DNA from: a virus
Lineage: Duplodnaviria; Caudoviricetes
Direction: 5' to 3' (one strand)
DNA: 31,961 nucleotides
IMG/VR virus record: IMGVR_UViG_3300006105_000075
Span: 1-31,961 of that record
The notes beneath the pieces are model-generated. The model made no database searches. It was not told the origin of the DNA and saw only the letters and a list, made by a program, of their open reading frames with translations. The first letter of the stretch is position 1, and each line of letters begins with the position of its first letter. The translations under genes were made by a program, and so were the position numbers. Positions 8,299 through 16,278 of this stretch are shown here, one piece after another.

Positions 8299-9781
8299 AC
8301 AACCGACATTTAAACGGGAATGGTTTAACCCTATATATTTTATACTAAAAGAATTGTGCGATGATGATACCATACGCACAATTTTGTTTTATGGTGGTAA
8401 ATCTTCAAGCAAAACCGTTTCTATTTGTCAGTTGTTAGTTATCAAATGTGTAGTTAAAGGTGAAAGCACAATAGCATACCGTAAAGAAAGCGCAATTATA
8501 CCTACTACACTAAAAAAATCATTTAACCTTGCAGTTGATAGTACAAGAGTGTCAAATGCCATAGAAAGGCAAGATAGACGATATTTATGCCGCAATTTAG
8601 CAGGTGGCGTATCTGAAATTGTAATGAAAGGATTAGATACAGAAGAAAAGGCGAAAGGTATTGAAAGTTACAAGTATGTTTATTTAGACGAGTTGAACCA
8701 TTTCGAGCAAGCGGAATATGAACAATTTAACCTTTCACTTCGTGGGATAAAAGGGCAAAAGATATTTGCGGCGTGGAATCCTGTGGACGAAAATAGTTGG
8801 GTAAAAACCGAGTTAGTAGATAAATTCGACTGGCTTCCAACAGATTACAAACTACCGAGCGAGGATAGTTTTATACACCGTTCTAGCTGTGGAAAGGTGG
8901 TATTGATTAAAACCAATTATAAGGATAATTATTGGATTGTAGGCAGCCCAGATAATAGCTACGGTTATAGGGATGACAATTTAATAAGCGAATACGAAAA
9001 TTTAAGAACCAAGAATTATAACAGTTATAAAGTAAACGTTTTAGGAGAATGGGGTAAAACTAATTTTGGTGGCGAATTTTTAAAAGCGTGGCGAAGTGAA
9101 AAACATACGGGATTGTATAAGTATGACCCTGAATGTGCTTTATATGTTTGGTTTGATGAAAATGCTGTGCCATTTTTTCCATGTGGTGTATTTCAAGTAG
9201 GTCAAGATAATAAAACCCCTAGAATGATTTACCACATTGCAGCTAAAAGCCCTAACAATACTGTTAAGTGGGTATGTAGTGAATTAAAAAGAAAGATGTT
9301 AGAATGGGGGCATAAAGGTCGGCTTTATATTGGTGGTGATGCTACAAGCCAAAAGGATGATGTTAAGCAAGAAAAAGGACACGACCTATTTAGATTGATA
9401 TTAAATGAATTAAAAGAATTTTCGCCTATTCGTAGTTTGTCACCAAGTAATCCGAGTGTTATAATGTCGGGCAACTTCTTTAATTCAATATTAGATGGAA
9501 ATGTAGAAGGTTTAACGTTTGGAGTTGATAAAGAATGTAGAACCGTTATAGTTGATTTTGAAAATACTAAAGAAGATAAAAACGGTAAAGTAGATAAATC
9601 AACAGTTACCGACCCCGTTACAAAAAAATCGTATCAGCCTTACGGTCACTTTGTAGATTTAACACGATACTTCCTTTGTTATGTATTTTCAAAAGAGTAC
9701 ACGGCGTATCAACGTGGGGGTAAGCTATTCAAACCCAACGGCATCATGCAAATACAACGTGGCGAACAAATTACATTCTAA
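8291..9781 (+). CDS. terL: Terminase large subunit
   Basis: YGGKSSSKT Walker A, YVYLDE Walker B, AWNP motif, LGEWG linker and C-terminal nuclease H..D..RY. Confidence 0.92.
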   Translation: MSKQPTFKREWFNPIYFILKELCDDDTIRTILFYGGKSSSKTVSICQLLVIKCVVKGESTIAYRKESAIIPTTLKKSFNLAVDSTRVSNAIERQDRRYLCRNLAGGVSEIVMKGLDTEEKAKGIESYKYVYLDELNHFEQAEYEQFNLSLRGIKGQKIFAAWNPVDENSWVKTELVDKFDWLPTDYKLPSEDSFIHRSSCGKVVLIKTNYKDNYWIVGSPDNSYGYRDDNLISEYENLRTKNYNSYKVNVLGEWGKTNFGGEFLKAWRSEKHTGLYKYDPECALYVWFDENAVPFFPCGVFQVGQDNKTPRMIYHIAAKSPNNTVKWVCSELKRKMLEWGHKGRLYIGGDATSQKDDVKQEKGHDLFRLILNELKEFSPIRSLSPSNPSVIMSGNFFNSILDGNVEGLTFGVDKECRTVIVDFENTKEDKNGKVDKSTVTDPVTKKSYQPYGHFVDLTRYFLCYVFSKEYTAYQRGGKLFKPNGIMQIQRGEQITF

Positions 9782-9796
9782 TAAATTAAATTTACC

Positions 9797-9804
9797 TACT
9801 TTTG
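9797..9804 (+). promoter_or_regulatory. Bacteroidota -7 promoter element (TACTTTTG)
   Basis: TAnnTTTG in the short gap before the head gene cluster; the same octamer precedes the capsid gene. Confidence 0.6.
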
Positions 9805-9810
9805 TAAATT

Positions 9811-10248
9811 ATGGCAATAACTATCGCAGACATTCAAGCCTTGAACTTCGGCTATCTAACGGGTGAGGACTTATTGCAGTTCTGTTCACCCCAACTATTG
9901 ATTAAACAATATACGGTTGACAGTAACAGTTTGCAGAACGCTTTTAACTTCGCACAAAGTGAGGTTATAGGTTCATTTACGACCCGTTATGACCTTAGTG
10001 GCGAACTTGTAAAGACAGGCACAGATAGGGCGTTATTGTTGGTTAAAATAATGTCATTATTGACCGTTAGAAATGCACTAGGTAGTTTCCAAGAATTAGC
10101 CGAAAAGATGAAAGACGATTTTAGTTGGGCTGATTATACGGTTAGGGCTATTCGTAACGGTCAAATGAATTTACCAATATCATTGGCAGCGTGTACAAAA
10201 GCATCAACAGCATATTTAGTAGATTCAAACTATTTAACATTAGGGTAA
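9811..10248 (+). CDS. Mu gp36-like (DUF1320-like) head-tail adaptor
   Basis: Size, A.SEV.G....RYDL..EL pattern, and position between TerL and portal. Confidence 0.65.
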   Translation: MAITIADIQALNFGYLTGEDLLQFCSPQLLIKQYTVDSNSLQNAFNFAQSEVIGSFTTRYDLSGELVKTGTDRALLLVKIMSLLTVRNALGSFQELAEKMKDDFSWADYTVRAIRNGQMNLPISLAACTKASTAYLVDSNYLTLG

Positions 10249-11685
10249 ATGAGCAGAGCAGAACGCAGGGCAAACGACCCCAAAATACAACAAAGAAAAC
10301 AACAATATAGTAGCCCGTTGGGTTTTCCTGCTGGTACTGTAACCCCTAGCGGCTCAAAGGGTGCAGGTGGGTGGGGTGTATCAAATCCAAAAGCTATACC
10401 TGCAACAGGCACAGCCCCAAGCGTTAATCCATTTGTTATTCCTAAGTCGGCAGGTTTAACCCATACTTCTCAAACGTTCCCTAATAACTATTATGTAGAT
10501 TGGAACTTAACAACGTGGCGTTATGCTTGCGACCAAGCCGTTAAGTTCGGTTATCCCGTTAGTTATGCTACAATGGTTTGTTGGGTATTTGAAAGTAGCC
10601 CTTTTGTACAATCATTGTTTAATGCTATTACGTCTGCTATTGGGAAAGTGCCGATAATGTACGTTGATGAAAAGGGCGAAGAATTGCCCGAGTGGACTAT
10701 TGAATTATGTTCTAAGTCATGGCAAAAAGAACTTATAAAAGAAATTGCATTATCACACTTTTGGGGTTTCACGGGTATTAACATAGACCCCGTAAATAAT
10801 AAGATATACAAGTATCCGCAACAAGACTTAGACCCGATTAATAGAATGTTGAGACAATCGACTTACTCATTTTATGACGGTGAAAAGTTTGATGATACCC
10901 CTAACTTATTGTGGATTCAGCCTTCAACATCTTACGAAAAGTTTTTAGGATGGATGCAGCCGATAGCTCGTTCATTTATCCAAATGAATATCAATAAAAA
11001 TTCATGGGTACAAGCTGCAAGGCGTTTGGCGTTTCCATTACTTACCGTTGGTTATCCACAAGACGATAGCGGCTATGATGTTTTTGGCAATGAGATTAAC
11101 CCTTATAAAATACAGGCAGAAGCAATAGCAGCGAATATAGATCCTTCAAAAGGGCTAGTATATCCTTACACTTTAGACACTAGCGGAAAAATAGTTAAGT
11201 CTATTGAGATTGATTTTGAGGCAACAGGAACAAACGCAAAATCACACGGTATATTTTCAGATTTTAACGAAGCCGAAAAGAACGAGATAAGGGAAATGAT
11301 TTTAGGGGGGACATTAACCTCTAGTACTGCCAAGTCGGGAAGTCGTGCGTTAGGCGATGTTCACGCCGATAAGTTTGAAAGCGTTATAATGGATATGGTT
11401 GAATACGTAGAGGCGTATTTGAACGATGAATATTTAAAGAAGATTACTAAGTTTTATAAGGAATTTCCTGCTGGTAAGTTTGTAGCTAATAAGGCTAAAC
11501 AAATGACGCTAGAGGAAATTACTCAAATATCTACTGTATTGGTGCAAAACGGAAAACGATTAACGGATTCTTTCTTTGAAGCTAATGGTTTAGTAAAAGA
11601 ATTTTTTGAAGATGCAGCCCCAACAGCACCCGAAGCGGAAGTTAAAACAATGAGTGCAGGTTTTATAGTAAAAAAAAAACTTTAA
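10249..11685 (+). CDS. Portal protein (Mu gp29/DUF935-like)
   Basis: EI..MILGGTLTS...GSRALGDVH motif, 478 aa, located upstream of MuF. Confidence 0.85.
   Translation: MSRAERRANDPKIQQRKQQYSSPLGFPAGTVTPSGSKGAGGWGVSNPKAIPATGTAPSVNPFVIPKSAGLTHTSQTFPNNYYVDWNLTTWRYACDQAVKFGYPVSYATMVCWVFESSPFVQSLFNAITSAIGKVPIMYVDEKGEELPEWTIELCSKSWQKELIKEIALSHFWGFTGINIDPVNNKIYKYPQQDLDPINRMLRQSTYSFYDGEKFDDTPNLLWIQPSTSYEKFLGWMQPIARSFIQMNINKNSWVQAARRLAFPLLTVGYPQDDSGYDVFGNEINPYKIQAEAIAANIDPSKGLVYPYTLDTSGKIVKSIEIDFEATGTNAKSHGIFSDFNEAEKNEIREMILGGTLTSSTAKSGSRALGDVHADKFESVIMDMVEYVEAYLNDEYLKKITKFYKEFPAGKFVANKAKQMTLEEITQISTVLVQNGKRLTDSFFEANGLVKEFFEDAAPTAPEAEVKTMSAGFIVKKKL
11670..11680 (+). other. Candidate -1 frameshift/slippage site (A10C) joining portal to the MuF frame
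   Basis: GTA AAA AAA AAA CTT TAA. The -1 frame is stop-free from 11646 to 12890, with no ATG until 11841. Confidence 0.65.
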
Positions 11686-11840
11686 TTGAAAGGTTAACAG
11701 GCGAAAAGAAAAAGAAAAAACCGAACCTAATTAGCGATGATTTAAAGAACGACCAAATAGAATATATTTATGTCAACAATAAAGGCAAAATAGTATTCTA
11801 TCCAATTTATAAAGAATATAATCAATACTTTTTTGAGGCG

Positions 11841-12890
11841 ATGGCTAAAGAAATTCCTATAAAAGGAAGTTTTGAGGCTATGAAAGACACTAGCGTATTT
11901 GAGCGATATATGCAAAACGCTTATCAGTTTAGTGCAAGCCGAAACGCCGAAATAGCTAAAGAAATGCAATCGGCGGTATTTGATAGCAAAGGAACTATAA
12001 AAACATTCAGCCAATACAAAAAAGATGCTGCACAAATAGCCGAAATAAACAACGAAGTACATTTAAGGGTAGAGTATGAAACTTGCCGTAAAGGTGCGGT
12101 AATGGGTGAGCGTTTTAGGCAAATTGAAAGTTTGAAAGATTATTACCCATATTGGGTGTACAAGGGTGAAATGGATGGTAGGGAACGTGAGGAACATATA
12201 GAGCTAGAGGGTAAAGTTTACAAGGTTGGTGACCCTGCTGGCGATGCTATATTTCCGCCGAATGGGTTTAATTGCCGTTGTGATGGCGTTAGTATTGACA
12301 ATGATGAGATAGAGGGTAAAGGCTATAACATTTCTACAAGCAAAGAAGCCGAAGAAGATTTGAAAAATGAAGTAGACCCACAATTTCGCTTCAATCCTGC
12401 ACATCAAGGTATGTTGCCAAAAGAAGGTATAACCAATGGTAATACTTTCAATGCTGATATTTTCGGACTAAACAAACCAAATGCGGATAGTGACCCCGAA
12501 GGTTTTAGCAGTCGTTTATTAGCTGCAACAGGACTGCATCAGGTTATGGCAATAGTAGACGATTGGAAAGACAAATACACAACAGACAAGAAAGGCAATG
12601 TAATATTTCAAAACAACGATACCTATACAAATGTCATCCTTAGCAATATATCTATCCACAATATACAAAAGCATCCAAGAGGATTTGAAGGGCTGCCAAG
12701 TACGATAGAAAAACCTGACGAGATTTGGGGAACGTGGGAAAATGAAAAACAAACGGTAGTATTAAAGAATTATATTACCTTTGGCAAGAAAATAAGCTAC
12801 ATTGTGCAAACTAAAGACGGGGTTATAACAGATGCGTTTGCGGTTAGTAATGGTAGTTTGAGTAAGTTTAGAAAAGGAGTAATTTATTAA
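11841..12890 (+). CDS. MuF (Mu gpF/SPP1 gp7-like) minor head protein with a C-terminal PBECR-like nuclease domain; coding frame probably extends upstream to ~11670
   Basis: MuF motif YWVY....DGR.R.EH..LEG......D.....FPPNGFNCRC. The C-terminus L.STIEKPDEIW...KFRKGVIY resembles PBECR2-type domains. Confidence 0.8.
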   Translation: MAKEIPIKGSFEAMKDTSVFERYMQNAYQFSASRNAEIAKEMQSAVFDSKGTIKTFSQYKKDAAQIAEINNEVHLRVEYETCRKGAVMGERFRQIESLKDYYPYWVYKGEMDGREREEHIELEGKVYKVGDPAGDAIFPPNGFNCRCDGVSIDNDEIEGKGYNISTSKEAEEDLKNEVDPQFRFNPAHQGMLPKEGITNGNTFNADIFGLNKPNADSDPEGFSSRLLAATGLHQVMAIVDDWKDKYTTDKKGNVIFQNNDTYTNVILSNISIHNIQKHPRGFEGLPSTIEKPDEIWGTWENEKQTVVLKNYITFGKKISYIVQTKDGVITDAFAVSNGSLSKFRKGVIY

Positions 12891-12892
12891 CT

Positions 12893-13018
12893 ATGTGTAC
12901 ACATTGCCACATACCACATCAAGACCCACACAGGAAAGATAAAGTAATAGTTACGGCTATTATGGTGGCGATGTTTATTATCATAGCAACACTTAAATAT
13001 TGCGCAAATCATGGCTAA
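12893..13018 (+). CDS. 41-aa single-pass membrane protein with a Cys/His-rich N-terminus
   Basis: MCTHCHIPHQDPHRKDKVIVTAIMVAMFIIIATLKYCANHG* exactly fills the gap between MuF and the next gene, overlapping its start. Not in the ORF track. Confidence 0.55.
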   Translation: MCTHCHIPHQDPHRKDKVIVTAIMVAMFIIIATLKYCANHG

Positions 13019-13508
13019 ACGTTCGATGCAAGATTTAATGAATGATTGGCGTGAAGCTAGTAATAAGTTCAAGAAGTTTCAGGGTGACTTGCCTATGATA
13101 ATGGGTGAAGAAAGTGTAAGAATAATAAAAGAAAATTTTAAACAAGAGGGCTACGATGATGGAACGGGTTTACAAAAATGGAAACAAAGAAGCCCTAAAA
13201 CTAACAAAGCATACGATAGGCGAAGCGGTGTAAAAGGCACAACTTATAATAGTTCTGCAAAGTTATTGCGACAAACCCTAACTTTGTATAATTCTTTGAT
13301 GTTTAGGGTAACGGGCAAACGGGTATTCGTTGGAACAAATACTTCTTTAGTGCCTTACGCACCTGCACACAACGAAGGGAGTAATAAAGTACCACAGCGT
13401 AAGTTTATACCAGCGAATGGCGAACCACCTAATTTAAAGATAGTAAAGAAGATTGAGCGAAAAATAGTAAGCACACGAAATGAAATAATGAAACTTTTTA
13501 AAAGATGA
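13011..13508 (+). CDS. Virion morphogenesis protein (Mu gpG / P2 gpS-like)
   Basis: NF..EG....W, LRQT..L.NS, YA.AHNEG and VPQRKFI motifs. Confidence 0.8.
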   Translation: MAKRSMQDLMNDWREASNKFKKFQGDLPMIMGEESVRIIKENFKQEGYDDGTGLQKWKQRSPKTNKAYDRRSGVKGTTYNSSAKLLRQTLTLYNSLMFRVTGKRVFVGTNTSLVPYAPAHNEGSNKVPQRKFIPANGEPPNLKIVKKIERKIVSTRNEIMKLFKR

Positions 13509-13876
13509 AAAAAAAAATTATCGCAATCGCTGCCTTTATAGCAATGGCATCATGCACAAAGACAACAGTAAGTAATCCGACAAACACCGACAACAAGAAT
13601 TATACTGTACATCTAAAGCCGTCTATTTTATTTGACGGTCACCAACTACGGGCAAACTTAATAGCCGACATTATTCCTAACAATACAATTATAGGGGCTA
13701 ATGTATCCTATGATTGGGATAGTGCAGGATTTTTTAACAACCGTTATACCTTCGATAACTTGCAAGTAATGGTAGAGCAAAACATAGGCTACACAAACAG
13801 AAGCCAATGGACTATTGCCAATATAAAAATAGATACGGCGTGGAGTGATAATGTGAATGTAAAATTAATCTACTAA
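13505..13876 (+). CDS. Lipoprotein of unknown function
   Basis: MKKK, a hydrophobic stretch, then a lipobox-like MASC (Cys17). Confidence 0.75.
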   Translation: MKKKIIAIAAFIAMASCTKTTVSNPTNTDNKNYTVHLKPSILFDGHQLRANLIADIIPNNTIIGANVSYDWDSAGFFNNRYTFDNLQVMVEQNIGYTNRSQWTIANIKIDTAWSDNVNVKLIY

Positions 13877-14082
13877 TGAATTACACTTTAATCCAAACTA
13901 TTAACGGCTCAAATCCTTGCAAGGTTCACAAGAGTGAAACCTTAGTAAATGTTTATCATAATAACGATTGGAACTTTGAGGCAGCCGATGTAGATAAATT
14001 AAAGTTTATTTGCAGAAGTTGTGAAAGTGTGAGAGTGTATAAAATTAACCCCGAAAAAGTATTATTAAGCAATGAAAACTGA
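13876..14082 (+). CDS. Small hypothetical protein, possible zinc ribbon
   Basis: CKVH...CRSC; translationally coupled on both sides. Confidence 0.6.
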   Translation: MNYTLIQTINGSNPCKVHKSETLVNVYHNNDWNFEAADVDKLKFICRSCESVRVYKINPEKVLLSNEN

Positions 14083-14290
14083 TATATTAGATAATCATTT
14101 GTTACTCATCCAAAATGAGTTAGTTACAACCGTTAAAAAGATAGTTGAAACGGAAAACGTACCCGTAAAAGAACTAAAGCGACTAGCAAAAGAACACGGG
14201 GAAAATGTTAGCGTTTTTAGTTGGTTGTGTGAGTTAAAGACCAAGATTGAAGAAAACAATAAGAAGGAAAGTAAAATAGTTTCGTTATGA
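14072..14290 (+). CDS. Hypothetical protein
   Basis: Overlapping start/stop with both neighbours. Confidence 0.6.
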   Translation: MKTDILDNHLLLIQNELVTTVKKIVETENVPVKELKRLAKEHGENVSVFSWLCELKTKIEENNKKESKIVSL

Positions 14291-14820
14291 TAGATGACAT
14301 CCTTAACGCCGTTTCCCAAGAGTGCAAGCAGTTTCTTGCTGATAGCGGTGGCACTATTATCTTAAAAACGGATTACAGCCCTAAAAAGATGGAAGGCTAT
14401 ACTATGCCTTTACTTATTATTGAGATGCTTCCGGCAAGCGAAGCTTATCAATATTGCGGCGGTGTAAGTCGTGTAGATTGGATGTTTAAACTAAATAGCT
14501 ACAACTATATGCCCGATGGCATGATAGACGATGACACGGATTATAGTAGGGGGTTATTAAAAGTTATTGATGATATTAGGCAGCATTTTAGTAAGGGCGT
14601 TTATATTAGTAGCCTTATGACAGATGTGTTAAATAACTACTGTTTTAAGTTTACTTTATCTAATGTGCAAAATGCCGATAACTTAGACGGCGAAGGATTG
14701 AATATAGGCTACGGAATAGTATTTGATAGTTGTGCTATTGACCCTTCAACTAATTTTACTCAAACAAGCACAAACGCATTAACAACGGTTACGCAAGTGA
14801 ATAACCCACCGTTCAACTAA
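14287..14820 (+). CDS. Probable tail terminator / head-tail joining protein (Mu gp37-like)
   Basis: Acidic 177-aa protein with a P.LIIE strand, positioned after the gpG-like gene. Assignment is mostly by synteny. Confidence 0.55.
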   Translation: MIDDILNAVSQECKQFLADSGGTIILKTDYSPKKMEGYTMPLLIIEMLPASEAYQYCGGVSRVDWMFKLNSYNYMPDGMIDDDTDYSRGLLKVIDDIRQHFSKGVYISSLMTDVLNNYCFKFTLSNVQNADNLDGEGLNIGYGIVFDSCAIDPSTNFTQTSTNALTTVTQVNNPPFN

Positions 14821-14858
14821 TAACATACATTTTTTCATTTTTTTCATGTGTGTTTTAT

Positions 14859-14896
14859 CCCGTTGGTGTTTCTACATCTGACGGGTTTTTTATTTT
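14859..14896 (+). terminator. Intrinsic terminator between convergent gene blocks
   Basis: CCCGTTGGTGT-TTCT-ACATCTGACGGG stem followed by TTTTTTATTTT. Confidence 0.8.
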
Positions 14897-15257
14897 ATAG
14901 TAATTCAATAGGTGGGGGTACATTTGCAAAAGATTCGTAATTATAATTGTCACCTTCTTTAATTGCAATATAAAGTATTGCCATATTTTTAAACAATACA
15001 TTTACTTCTTCATATTCTTGTTTGTCGGTAAACACTTTCATCCTTTTATCAAAAGTTGTATTATCGGGGAAATTGCTTTTTAAAATAGGATGCCTAGTAT
15101 ATTCACTCTGAATACTCATTATTATTTGTTTGTTGCCCTTTACAAACTTTCTATTTGGCATATAATATTTATGCAATCCGTACCAATTAGATTGAATATC
15201 ACTTTTACCGTATTCACATTTATAACCTATACTTATTGCGTGTTGTAGCCAATTCAT
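14895..15257 (-). CDS. Hypothetical protein
   Basis: 120-aa ORF, last gene of a coupled minus-strand operon. Confidence 0.7.
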   Translation of the reverse strand: MNWLQHAISIGYKCEYGKSDIQSNWYGLHKYYMPNRKFVKGNKQIIMSIQSEYTRHPILKSNFPDNTTFDKRMKVFTDKQEYEEVNVLFKNMAILYIAIKEGDNYNYESFANVPPPIELL

Positions 15258-15430
15258 TTGTAATGTTTATTATTGTAATCGTAAATTATACCGTACTGCC
15301 TTATCAACCTTTCTACTACCCTACGGGAAACAACACCCAAGTCTTTGGCAGCAGTAGTAAAACATTTATTTTTATTTAATGCTTTAACAGTTGCACGCCT
15401 TATGTGGTAGTCGATGTTGAGGGTAATCAT
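15254..15430 (-). CDS. Fis-family helix-turn-helix protein (58 aa)
   Basis: MITLNIDYHIRRATVKALNKNKCFTTAAKDLGVVSRRVVERLIRQYGI fits the Fis/HTH_8 pattern. ATGA overlaps at both ends. Not in the ORF track. Confidence 0.75.
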   Translation of the reverse strand: MITLNIDYHIRRATVKALNKNKCFTTAAKDLGVVSRRVVERLIRQYGIIYDYNNKHYK

Positions 15431-15672
15431 TTTAATTCTAAATTATTTTTTATATATAATGGTATTGCCACTTCTTTACCACCTTTAATCATACGCCAGC
15501 CGATGCGTTTATAATCCTGCCCGCCGAACCTTCGAAGTACAGTTACTACATAACTATATCTTTCTTCCTGCACTTTTATTTCAGTCGTGTAGTATTTGCC
15601 TAACTTATCATCTAGCTTACCTATGACAGTCGTGTTTTGTGGGCGATTGAGGTAAAAGATTTGTCGGCTCAT
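15427..15672 (-). CDS. Hypothetical protein
   Basis: ATGA-coupled to both neighbours. Confidence 0.7.
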   Translation of the reverse strand: MSRQIFYLNRPQNTTVIGKLDDKLGKYYTTEIKVQEERYSYVVTVLRRFGGQDYKRIGWRMIKGGKEVAIPLYIKNNLELK

Positions 15673-15857
15673 TTTTTAGACCATTTATTGTTAGCAAATG
15701 TATAACCCATATCTTCAAAAAACTTCTTAATAGTAGCAGGTTTCAATAACCCTGCTTTTAGCCTTATCATATAATTACTATAAGAACCTTGTGGCATAAT
15801 TCCGATATATGGCTTTACCTTTTGTTTCAATTCGTTATATACTTCTTGTTCTGTCAT
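15669..15857 (-). CDS. Small basic hypothetical protein (possible DNA binding)
   Basis: 62 aa, coupled to the downstream gene, AT-rich start region. Confidence 0.7.
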   Translation of the reverse strand: MTEQEVYNELKQKVKPYIGIMPQGSYSNYMIRLKAGLLKPATIKKFFEDMGYTFANNKWSKK

Positions 15858-15869
15858 AATTAAAATAAA

Positions 15870-16202
15870 TTAATCTGCTAAGTAAATAGTTGTAGGTCGC
15901 TTATAATGATAAGTTTCTTTTTTATTTGTTTCTTTATTTGTTTCAATTTCCCAATCATCAACTTCGCCTAAATGTGCGTTGTCTGTTTGCACGCAGTACA
16001 TTACTTGACACCCCATAATTAGCATACTTCCGATTTCAATAAACCAATTTGCATGGCTTCTTGAAGTATCAAACCCGAAGGTTTCTTTTGAATTATACAC
16101 TCCATTTAATGTTCCGTAAACAGTTTTATATTGCCTGCCATCTTTACCATAAAACCAATTACTTGTTGTAATTAAAACTTTTTTGCCTAAATACTCTTTC
16201 AT
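15870..16202 (-). CDS. Hypothetical protein
   Basis: Start moved to ATG 16202 (MKEYLGKK): it has an A-rich start region, and the ORF-track start at 16223 falls inside the promoter octamer. Confidence 0.75.
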   Translation of the reverse strand: MKEYLGKKVLITTSNWFYGKDGRQYKTVYGTLNGVYNSKETFGFDTSRSHANWFIEIGSMLIMGCQVMYCVQTDNAHLGEVDDWEIETNKETNKKETYHYKRPTTIYLAD

Positions 16203-16220
16203 GTTTATTATTAAAATATG

Positions 16221-16228
16221 CAAATATA
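16221..16228 (-). promoter_or_regulatory. Bacteroidota -7 promoter (TATATTTG) driving the minus-strand cassette
   Basis: CAAATATA on + reads TATATTTG on -. Confidence 0.7.
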
Positions 16229-16266
16229 GCGTTTATTTCTTTACATAAACACACTTTATAATAAAA

Positions 16267-16274
16267 TACTTTTG
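16267..16274 (+). promoter_or_regulatory. Bacteroidota -7 promoter (TACTTTTG) driving the capsid operon
   Basis: TAnnTTTG ending 4 nt before ATG 16279; divergent from 16221-16228. Confidence 0.65.
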
Positions 16275-16278
16275 TGTC

